A stretch of DNA of 64,000 bases from Torpedo marmorata. Its lineage: Eukaryota. The translations under genes and the position numbers were made by a program. Below are positions 33,669 to 44,732 of the stretch, in pieces (the stretch's first letter is position 1; each line of letters starts with the position of its first letter). The notes under the pieces were generated by a model that saw nothing but the letters and a program-made list of their open reading frames with translations, did no database searches and was not told the origin of the DNA. The stretch is from contig OZ360235.1 of assembly GCA_977017645.1 (NCBI GenBank), forward strand, positions 62,372,001-62,436,000, given 5' to 3'.

Positions 33669-34884
33669 ATATAGTCAGGAGAGATTTTAATGTTTGTTAT
33701 GTTATCTTCCATGAAATTCGATTCTGACAGTGATTTGTTTACAGTCTGCTGTTCTTCATTGGTGATTCTGGACAAAAATGTGCAAGATTCCCAGGTTACT
33801 GGTGTAAATCGCAGCTGAGCACACCCAAAGTCCAGCCCAGTAAAACAGACTTGAGGGCAGGTGCCAGGTCTTACACTTCTTCAAGCTCAGAATGGGAATG
33901 TGTACAACTGAATGGTAAAGTCAATGGTGCATTGAAATCGACTAATTGGAACAAGATATGTGAGCTCTGGAAAGAATGGGGATCATCTGGAGATAACACC
34001 ATTCGGAAAATGGATGATCCCTTGGATCTATCTGATCCGTGTGCCAAGCGAACGAACCATTATTAATCATAGATGCGGTTCGCTTCTGAAGATTGGTCTT
34101 CATTGCTTGGCAGTTAAACTTTGCTTTAGAAGAATTGGAATGTTACGTTGTCTTCGGAACTAAATACCGCGCAGCTACGTCACCATTGTAAACACGGGGT
34201 GGAAAATATTTTCCCCCAAAATTCCAACCCAGCCTGGACAGGGCTGCAGTAACAGAGTTCTGCCAGCGAGAGGCAACGTTTGCTACAGGTTAGATCTGGC
34301 ATCGGTGTACTTTTCAATTCCAATCACGCGAACTCCAAATTCTGCGGATGAGGAATTTGGTGATGTCAAGAACTTGAATTCGGTTGGTTTTCTGGAGTCT
34401 TTCCTTCCTTAATTCCATGCTTTATTGTTTGATATTTGCAATGATTATTTACTCATTAAATGACGCAGAGATTTCTTTAAGCACAAAGTACACAGTTATC
34501 ATTTGCACAGACTTAAGGTATGGAGCACTGAGTCGGGCCATTGTCTCGAAATCTCTGCCTGCATTTCTACGCCTCCAGTCCAGGTCCATCTCCTTTCGCA
34601 ACTAACTTTATCAGCGGGACCTTCCATTCTTTACGTGCTTTGCTAGTTTGCTCGAATGCTTCGAGAACTGTTTGTTCAACCATTTCGCACAACAGCAAGC
34701 TCACTTTACCCCCCGGTCTCCATGAGGTTCTTCGACTTCATGGGCTCATATTTTACGCTTCCCCACAAATAGAAGCATCTTTATCGAAACTCTTATTAAA
34801 GGACTGTGAATGTAAAGGCCTGATTTAGATCATCACCACCGCCCCCAACCCTTCTGTTTAAGATAGCCACCATATTTAATTGGG

Positions 34885-35140
34885 GAAAAAAAACCCTGCA
34901 GATGCTGGAAATCTCACATAAACAGAGAAAAGGTTGGGAACACTGGCAGGTCACAGGCAGTAACTGTAGAAATAGAAATAGTGTTAACGAAGATCGAAGA
35001 CGCTTCATCGTTTTAAAACTTGTTTTCTAATTTTCCCAGTTCTGACGAAGGATCTTCGACCTGACACATTAATGGTTTCTTTTTCCAGAGATGGCGCCTG
35101 ACCTAACGAGGGTTTCCACTATTTTCCTTTTTTATTCCAC
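34885..35140. mobile_element. Short Penelope-derived inverted-repeat element
   Basis: ctgcagatgctggaaatc...ggcaggtc arm with its inverse. CTGACGA-agg..cct-GACAC core at 35042-35067. Confidence 0.65.
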
Positions 35141-35294
35141 ACATTTAACCTCGCTTCATATTTGTGTTATCACCTTTGTAAATCCTCTGATTGTGTACAT
35201 CCGTTTCACAATTCGGTAACAAAGTTTTACACAATTCTTACCATGGTTTAGCCTAAGTTTTCTGTTTCAATTATAACCCTCTGAAACTATCGTT

Positions 35295-35456
35295 TGTTTT
35301 TAATTGTCCTTATTAATCTGCATTGATGTGTTAGTGTTTTTGTATACTGTTTTTAATTGTCCTTATTAATCTGCATTGATGTGTTAGTGTTTTTGTATAC
35401 TGTTTTTAATTGTCCTTATTAATCTGCATTGATGTGTTAGTGTTTTTGTATACTGT
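35295..35456. repeat. Perfect 53-bp tandem triplication
   Basis: tgtttttaattgtccttattaatctgcattgatgtgttagtgtttttgtatac x3. Confidence 0.95.
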
Positions 35457-38137
35457 ATTTATGGTCTGAGGCCCCTTTCTCATTTCCAAATGTGATTTTT
35501 TTTTTCAAAAACGGCCATACTCCTTTGAAAATCCCTTTCTAACTTTAAAGCCAAGTTGTTGAAGACCTCTTATCCCATGTCGAAATTAAAAACAACGTTA
35601 TTTTGATTCTGATCATAATCATAGACAGCCGCCTCAGCACGGATGCTATTCTAATCTCACGTTCCACCTTGAATCGTTTGGAACAGCCATCCTTATTTTC
35701 GCTCTTGTTGCCGGCATCCCATCAACACCGCCATTTGATCTGGTCTCGTATTGATCTCTGATGCGGAAAATTACCAATGTCTCTTCCAAATCTGGGTAAA
35801 TTACATCTATCACATCACCCTGGTCTACCCATTTTGTAATCTTCGTTAGTTAAACAAGACTTCTTCTTTTGATATCCATGCAATGACTATAAATTCCCAT
35901 GTTTTATTGTATATTTTCTATATTCTCCTTTAATAACTTGTGTTAATATGACTGGTTTATAGTTCCCCTTAAACGATTAACGCTTAAAGTTTTCAGTTAA
36001 CTGCTAATTCACTTTTACATCATTGGAATTTCTGACGTTGAACGGCTTGTTTTAACCCCTTTACCCGTTTTCTGTTTTGTCTGCTTACAAAATACGACCT
36101 TAAATCGTGGATAATAGTTCCAAGATCTGCAATGATATGTGGCAGGAAAATTTCCAACAGATTAGACAAATTTAGCCAATGGACATTGGAGATGGGTTGT
36201 GATCTCTTTAGCAGATAAAACGTTCAATTGGCGCAAATCGGAAAAAAATAGATTCAGTAAGATTAGTTTACCAGATGTTTTTAATTGTAGCGATGATTAG
36301 CGAGTGAGCACACTGTGGGAGACAAGTTCTGCATCGAACGTTCTCTCTCTCTGCCCCTTTCAGAAATCCCTTAATTTTCGCTCCCGGACTGTAACAGAGT
36401 GACGCACTGGGAGAGGGAAGTGCTTTCTTGGTCGGGGAAATGGAGTGGCTCTCGTCTGGATCTGAGCCGCTATCCGGCTGAACGCAGATCTGGTTTTAAT
36501 CAACAATACCAGACAACATCACCCCCTTTATTGACTTAATCGGAACCATTTAAAATACCTCCACGCTTCACCTATCTCGGGTTAGTGTAGAACCGCACGT
36601 CGGGAAATGTATTTTGCCGCCCTTAAAAAAGAAATTGAAATGATTTATGATGTTCACTTTAATGGTTGATAGAATATTGCATTAAAACATTACTTCAACA
36701 AGAAACGGAGTTATCCAGCAGTTATGTTTGATAACTGTCCAAATGACCATGTAAATCTGATAACCTCCGCTTTAACTTATTTTATTACAAAGGTTCCATT
36801 GGAAAGTTGAGATCCATCTTTCCCAAAACGGCCGGAGCTGGCCCCTTTCCGTGGCTCCGCGACATTTTGAGAGCACGACTCCAAAGCTGAGTATGTTTTT
36901 TTTTTGTTTAAATTTCTTCAGAGCATTTTCGTTGGAGGGAAAATGTGCTGGAGCCACGGTCTGGACCCGGCACATTGCACGGATATTTCCCTTTGTACCC
37001 TCCCCCCAAACAAGGAAACAGCCGCTATAAATGAGATAGGGGAGGTCATTTAACCCTCCCTGGGCCTCCCCCCTCCTCGATACACACAGGGATCAATTTC
37101 ATGGAATCGTATCCCAGCCATTGAAGCCGGCAGAGATCGCCTGTCAGTCTAGCCCTCATGTGTTTTAATCTAAACGTGTTGTATTTTAATGTTCTCAAGC
37201 CTGCCAGCCAACATAATAACCAAGAAGCACAGTGTGCCTCGGCCTTCGCAGCCAACCAACGACTGCGACATTGCAGCTGGAAGGCACATGTGCGTCAGGC
37301 CAGTTTCTGAGAAGAAGCTGGCATCTCCCCACTTAAAATCTTTCGCTCTTAATACTTGGTCTCTCACCACTCGTCGATTTTGGAGCAGGCGGCGACGATA
37401 CTCATCCTGGATACAAATCCCCTCCAATTCAGAACTTGGTTTGACCGACAGATATTTAGGCAAAGGGAACTGCCAGAGATTATGTGCTTCGCAGCGAAAT
37501 TCAAACCAGGCGAAAGCTAATAGAAACATTACTTGTAAGAGTGTATTCGCGGGTGAACCAAGTGTTTTAAAAACATGAAATATCTGCACGAATGCATGGA
37601 GTACAAAAGATAACTGATTTCTCAAGGCAAACCACGTCTTGTGAATTGGACGAGGAAAGAGTTTGAAATGGCGCGGCTGCATTAGAACTGAATTCCACTA
37701 GAACTGATGATTGCTTTTATCGGGGTTCTCTTCTGCTTCAACAGATTAGTTTGGATGAAGCAGTTCCCCAATATTTTTTGAAGATGTGAACACAATTAAA
37801 ATAAAGAATAATGAGGTGGCAAAAAGTAACATTGCATTTTGAGGGAAATTGTAAAACTAAATGTAGCAAATGCAGAAGTGATGGCTGCCTGGGACAGGTA
37901 GACCAATTGGGTTGAGGGAGAAAGGCATCTTATCAATGCCCTCCTTCAACTCTGCAAACACACAACGCCAACATAGTAAAATCAACACCAGTGTAGCAGG
38001 AGAACAAACACTACGTCCATCCTGTAACATTCTTCTGTCAAGTGTAAGCAACTTATAGGAATACTATTCCAACGTTCATTCCTTCGTGTTTGAACCTTCA
38101 TTAAAAGCAACAGACCAGATGGGACATGTGCACTCAC

Positions 38138-39419
38138 CTGCATTTTCAGCTCCGAGTTGCTGGTAAATTTCCGGGCTCTTGGGGGGGCCAATCAGAATTC
38201 TCTTCTTAGAAAGCGGTGTATTGGCTGCAACAAAACTCTTCGGATGAAGGTGCCCACGGAGCCACCAACCAAGCAGTTGGTTCTCAGGATTTCAGAGCAG
38301 TGAGAGGACTGGAGCTGCCTTGTGGGAGCATGTTGCACCTGTTATTGAAACTCATTCAGGTTTAGAGCCATAACCCCACAGCAACACCAGAACACAGAGA
38401 CCGGCGCTGCTCTGCCAGGACTTCCAATTCTTCCTCTCACTTCCCCTCACGCGCCCAATCTATGTCCCTTCCTACAGGGGACTTTTTTTTTCTTTCAAAT
38501 TTATCACTTTCCGTCCTGGAGTCCCTTTATCCCACTTTTGCTTTATAACATTAGATTTTGCTTTTTCGAACTTTGAATCTTGTATTTTAATTTTGCTTTT
38601 GACCGCACACTATATCCGAGGAGCAGCGCTAAATCTCTCTTCAAATGGAGTGTCACTGCATCAGTTCTGCGCAGAGCGAGTATTTCAGTCTGTCCCTCTT
38701 GTCTGTCAGAGCCCGAGTCGGTTGCACCGCGGTTCAGCCATTTCACGATCGGCTGTCGCAGGAATTGTGGAAGAAAATGTGGAAGTTGTGAACTTACTTG
38801 GATAAAACTCACAAGGAGCCCCTAAGTGCCTTCTCTCTTTGCTTCTGCTTTGTATTTTTTTAAGCAAGCTTTTCCACCGAGAGTAAACCGATTCAATTCC
38901 TAGTTCCAATGCACAGAATTCCGATCATTCGAGTCTCTTCTCGAATTCCCTGTTTCCACTAACTGGCTCTGTAGGTAAACACATGTACCTCTCAGTTAGA
39001 CAAAGTAACACATCCAACACCGAGAGTTTACGTTCAGTTGACCGTCACTTTCAGCCGAGTCCAGGTCTAACTCTGAAGTGCACTTCTAGTTGAAGATGGA
39101 AACCTGCAAAGTTTCGTAGAAGTTTGCAGCGACTGTTTTTTTTAACATATATTTTAATCCCCTCCTTATCTAACGGGCGCGATTTCTCCCTCTTTCCTTT
39201 GGATCAGTGGAAGTTCGAGTGGTTTCTGCTCGATCTTTGTGCAGGAGACATTGTTTTCTCCTTCGCCTCCTGTGTGACGAGCTCCGGTGACTGGAGGTCA
39301 AGCTGTTTCAGTGGGGCAGACTCGATTCGCAAGACGCTGCTCGCTCCAACGAAACAGTTGGAGACTGTTGGAGACCAGCGCTGCTACCTGATCCAGAGAG
39401 TCGCACATGCGCACTCACC
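38138..39419 (-). other. Three exon-like segments of a putative minus-strand spliced transcript (5' UTR, lncRNA or decayed gene)
   Basis: Donor GG|GTGAGT at 39419. Exon 38968-38813 (tgtttacctacAG ... |GTGAGT, alternative GTAAGT at 38797). Exon 38338-38138 (ttcaataacAG ... CAG|GTGAGT). All frames contain stops. Confidence 0.4.
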
Positions 39420-41396
39420 CTTCCCGCCGCCCTGCGCACAACCCAGTGACAGGTTAGCGCCTTAAAGCGAGATGCCCCGGATCTCAAATGTAAACCGAAC
39501 AATTCACAGTAAAACAGATGTCTCGTTGGTGTCAAAACTTCATTAAGAAGCTTGCGGGGAGGGAAAACGCGCATTGCCACGTTTTATTACGATAAAAGTT
39601 GGAAAAGGGACAAAGTGTCACGTTGGTGGTGTGGCGCTATTTTAACATTGGCCACAGACTCCTCCAACATGGACAAGAAGTAGAAAAAGAATGGGGAATG
39701 AAACAGATAACGATACTCTAGAGACTTCAGCATTACACATCCTCAAACCATGTACACGGTCGTCTACACAACTACGTTTCCCCAAAGTATCCAGATATTC
39801 CCGACAACTCGCTGTTCAGACCCCCAAGCCGAGTTTTACACTCCGTTCCGGTCCGCCTCTTCTTTTGATTCACTACTTTGATATCGTTGGTTGAAATCTT
39901 TATCTGAGGCTTCCAATTTACCCCGGGGGGAGAATTTGCGGTGCAATTTTTAACAAAATAATAACCACCGTAATTCCTGGCGGATCAAACTCGGATTTAC
40001 CTGTTTTTTGCCACGATGTCGTTCAAGTTTTTATTTGAATGATCACTTCTAAGTTGTCTGAACCATCTTGTGACAAGTTTAAGTCTCCCTTGAACGCTCT
40101 CTGAAGAAGAGTTCTCCAAGGGTTATGAATTTACAAGTGAACAGATGTGTATTCGACAATATAGACGGCGTTTACCTTTTTTTAAGGAATATCTGGTAGG
40201 ATTGTGCATTATTCTGCTATTCTGTAATATATTTGTACAGACACTCTCATACATCTGACACGCATGTATATATTTACACACATAGAACATAAATATGAAA
40301 TGCGCGTTGTAAATGCATAGACACATTATATTTAGCTGTATAAATACACATCTACAAATGCAATGTTCAAACATGATTATTGTTTACATCGAAATGGATA
40401 TAAACATACTGGTATTGATATTGATATATACTTAAAAAGATAAATGGACCAAGCTTCACTGGCATGTCACTCTATGATCATTTGAGATAACTGTATATGG
40501 GCCATTGTTTTCTACCTTACAAGAGTAGCCACATGTCAAAAGGTGGTTTCCAAAATATGTCGTGCTTTGGGACATTCTAAGACTCCAAACAAGTCATGTA
40601 TTTTCATCTACATATAAACCACATGCCATTGTGAAGTAAACAGATACATTCATTGAATACCGGTCCCCACGCCATTATTGGATCTTTTCGAGGAGATTGA
40701 ACTTCCTGTTTACAGTTCAAGAAAAACATGCATCAGCACCGCACTGAGAAACACATTTGGAGATACACATATCTTGGGGAATCAATTAATTTTTATTAAC
40801 CTCACTAAATATATTATTCGAATTTATATTTAAAAGGCCCCGACTCTTGCATTTATGTCAAGTTATTCACTGGCGCGTGAAGGATGGCCTTTATCGTTGA
40901 ATAATTCAGCAGTATTCAATGTTTGAATTAAAATAATAGTTGCAGAAGATAACGCAAATTGACTTTTTAAAATTATATTTGTTTTAATTCCTCCAGTTAC
41001 AGATCGGAGAAGTGATATTTGTTGGATCTTTTCTCTAAATAAATTTCAAACCTATGACCTCCGACAAACTGTGTCAAAGGCTACTTTTTATTTCTGTCAA
41101 ATGAACGATTTCCAAATGATAAACATGCTGCAACCATTGATTCTTGGTAGGTTTGAACAAAATTGCTGATCCCATGACTTCAGTCTTGTCTCTGCAGCAA
41201 GTTAATGTTGGGATTTCATTTATGTCGAAAGGAGATAACGAACAAAATGGCAAGGATGGGTCACACATCATGCTCTTCAGAGGGATTTTTTTGGGATCAA
41301 AGCAGGAACAAAGCTGTTTGTTTTCCTCCCGCAGTTGAGTTCTGTGTTTTTTTTATCATGTAATGAAAATTAAGAAACAGGTGGACATGGAATGAT

Positions 41397-41610
41397 AAAA
41401 ACACAATGCTGGAGAAACTCAGCAGGTCAAACAGTGTACTTTATATAGCAAAGATAAAGATACATAACCGACCTTTCGGGCTTGAGCCCTTCATTGGTTA
41501 GGTATCTTTATCTTTGCCACATCAAGGACACTGTTTGACCTGCTGAGTTTCTCTAGCAATGTGTTTTTTTACTTAAACCACGGTGTCTGCAGACTTTCGT
41601 GTTTTACTTC
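41397..41610. mobile_element. Short Penelope-derived foldback element with TSD
   Basis: TSD tggacatggaa(t/c)gat at 41382-41396 and 41611-41625. Inverted arms of about 75 bp surround a truncated hammerhead-like core. A related 3' piece lies at about 51590-51695. Confidence 0.8.
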
Positions 41611-43424
41611 TGGACATGGAACGATGTTCCGAGGCAATGATGCTGAGATGGCTGGTTAGCCCATTCCAACAGGCAAGTTTTAATCCTGTAATTTGCGGCA
41701 TTTTCAAAAAGGGAAGGTCAGTATGGAAAGTATGGGGATAACAATGCAAGACATCTTAATTTTGAGTATATTTCACAAAATAAAGCAGGAAATTAATTGT
41801 TGTTCGAAGAAAGTTCTGAGAAACAGTGGTAACAAATTTGTGCGTTCACGGTATCGAACTTCTCCTCTCGTGATACCAACTACTCCTCTGATAACGTGAA
41901 ACACGCAGTGCAGACGCGCTCTCAAAGGCTGGTTTAATACGAGAGTTTATTATAATCGAGGTCGCACTCATTATTGAGCAACTCGAGCAAATAAAGAGTT
42001 TTATACAGTACGCCTTCTGTAGCACTATTTCCTAAACGGCGTGATTCAATGCTGTAAAATACGGTGCTATAGTAATTCAGAAGGAAAGAACCTGAACACT
42101 GTATTCAGATAGCATCTTTTGTATCCCGAAAATAGCTTATAACTAAGATCTGCGTTATGTGTAATCACAATTACTGCTTAAGCAAAAGGTGCAAAACGGC
42201 TTCCAGAGATAAATAATGGGCACGGCTTCTGAAGAGCTTACTGACGACCTGAAATGGTCAAGGCCTGACACCTGATCTCACAGATGTCACCTGCAAACGT
42301 GCAGCGTCCTTTCACAATTTATGTCCAAATATGTCGGCTCATCTTAAAGTTGGAGGGATACGATTTACCCGTTAACATGAACCCAAAGTGAGGTGGAATT
42401 TAAGAGGACAGAATTATTCCCATTACTTCATAGGACTCTTCCGAAACCCCAATGGAAACAAGTCATCTTCCACCTCGAGAGATTACCCAAGAAATAAAGG
42501 CAACCATTGTCACAAAGGTGAGGCTCTCCATTGATTGTTGGTGCATCTATTTTGTCGCCATCAGATGCAACCCAGGCTGCCTCTTCCTCTGATTGTTTAT
42601 CCTGGGGTTCCAGTTGGATTATTCTGTGGCCCTTCTCCCTGCTGAAGAATCCCGTGGGATGCGGATCGACATGACTCCACGTCCTAAGGGTGGCGCTGTC
42701 TTATTTGAACCAGATAGAGATAAGTGGAAAAATAATACAAACGTAACGCATTTGCAAATACGGATACACTTGGAGTTCAGACGGTCCCTGATTTTTGGTC
42801 TCTTCTGCTTCCGTGTGTAAAGTTCGGTGTCTGAAGGCTCATTAACTTCAAAGCAGTGGGGAAGAGACACATACTTCCCGACACAAACCATGAACGCATC
42901 TCATTATTTTATTTAAACCCAAGCTATTTCCGGAAAACACATCTTTCTCCGTTGACTCTCGGTAACTTTGCAACGGGCTGGAACGGAGGATGCTCCGTCC
43001 TTGCACACAACCTGCCTTGTTTTGAGTTTGCGCCGTTTTGTGTAAAGGTGATCATTTTCAAAGTCTCATTGGTGTACATTCGCATTATTTTATGATTTCG
43101 TTATTTCAAGCGTTTTAATTCAACGTAGCTTGGCACGTCGCATCAATTCAGAAAACACATCCAATTTGGTTAAAACTGATTCTCACGTTCCTCCCGTATT
43201 CAAACAGCAGGGTTTAGCATGGATTTGAACGGACGTGCAACTGGTTCAAGTTCTAAATATTAACCGCTTCATTTCCGAAAAGCAACATTGAGAATAACTT
43301 TCCATCTGAACCGTTTTCTTAAAAATCACCTAAAACAACAGCACTTTTACTTTTCTATACTTTCCGCACGGGGCCTTAAATTACTTGCAGAGGATTCGGG
43401 TATTATTTAGCAGTTACCTTTCCA

Positions 43425-43515
43425 GAAACCGGAGCCACATTCCGCTTCCTCCGCCCTACCCCAATCATAGAAGTCAAGGAGCAGGAAGAGCGAACGAAAT
43501 CGCGTCACCAATAAA
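43425..43515. promoter_or_regulatory. Promoter-like motif cluster
   Basis: ETS-like ttccgcttcc, GC box ccgccc, two CCAAT boxes and cgtca within about 90 bp. Confidence 0.35.
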
Positions 43516-44627
43516 ACGATGTAAATCTTCATTTGCCCCAAAACATTTTCATGTACACAAACTTTAACGTGATAACGAGAATACCCGTAAGCACTGGCAT
43601 AACAGCTCAGCTAATTTATTATCAAAATGACAACGAATGAAGATATTTCAGTGAAATTCAAAACTTTTCATTTTAAGTAATACAATGATATAGAATGGTA
43701 ACAATTTTGAGTATGTACAATCGGAATAGCTCGCATGTCTAAAAGACCAAGTGTGCGCCTTCTTACTTTCAATTATTCTACCCATAGGTACCAGAATAAT
43801 CGCCACTTTAATAATGTGTTCTCAAAGTCACAGAATGACGTGTTTGAATGGACTGTTGTATAAACAAGCGAAGTGACCGGTGATCACTTTCACACCTGAC
43901 TGATGTGTGATTCATTCATAGAGCAACTGTACAGCAAAAAATTGAAATACAATCTTTACAAAATGATGTTTTAAATTATCGAGTTATAGGAGTAAACTAA
44001 ATGGCGTTGGCGCAGATAATCATGCACGTTTCCTGGCATCTCGAAATAATTAGGGATAATTATTAATTTTGAAGATCCAGCATTAATTTCATTGGACGCT
44101 CAAAGCGGGATTGTCTTCGTTAATAGAACAGCGAGACTTTTACTGTGCCTTTGCTCTTAATGATGAAACTACATTACATGACATTAGGACACCCAGCTAT
44201 TTCCGTTCATGTTCTGTTCAAATGAGAAGTCAAGGGAATGTAAATCTATTTTCCTTTGTAATTGGACGTCAGATGAATTAAAGTAATATTGTTAAGTGGT
44301 AGGGACTACAAACGAGGGATTTATTAATAAGGATTTATGAAATGTTAACAGAACATTTTTAAAAGAAACTTTAGTGAATCAAAAATTCTGTTCTTGCCAT
44401 TCAGCTTAGCTTCTCATTAGCCGGAACCAGATTGGACACAGCCTCAGCATTTTATTCTGCCCATGGCTGAATTTTGAAGCCTGGTTCCTGTCCTTTGCCA
44501 ACATTTGTTCGATGTTTCCTCCCCTCTGCCCCACCTTACCAACTCTGCTACTTCAAAACTTAGCCAAGCTTTCATTTCGACTTTCCCTTTGGCCTTTTTG
44601 CTGTTCCAGTTCCCAATAGTATCTAAC

Positions 44628-44732
44628 CAGTGGTTCTCAACCTTTTTTTTCAGGATGCCATAGGTGCTCTGTGATTAGTAAAGGACTACTTAAGGTAGTA
44701 TGTGAATGGAAAAAAAAGGTAGAGAACCTCTG
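44628..44732. mobile_element. hAT (Charlie-type) MITE, 105 bp
   Basis: TIRs cagtggttctcaaccttttttt/aaaaaaaggtagagaacctctg. 8-bp flanks tatctaac/taccaaac (6/8 match). Confidence 0.8.

Larger units (their letters stand above)
34060..44150. promoter_or_regulatory. Extended CpG-retaining domain (putative unmethylated promoter/regulatory domain)
   Basis: CpG is visibly far more frequent than in the flanks despite moderate GC. Few young TEs. Contains promoter-like motif clusters. Judged by eye, not computed. Confidence 0.55.

Noticed and set aside
37684-37697. 14-nt match to miR-146 (agaactgaattcca)
   Set aside because: The 5' end and seed are incomplete and there is no complementary hairpin arm.
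38543-38812. Homeodomain remnant (KRDLALLLGYS; also QNRR near 37375)
   Set aside because: No WF motif, wrong spacing, and the pieces are not joined by matching splice phases.
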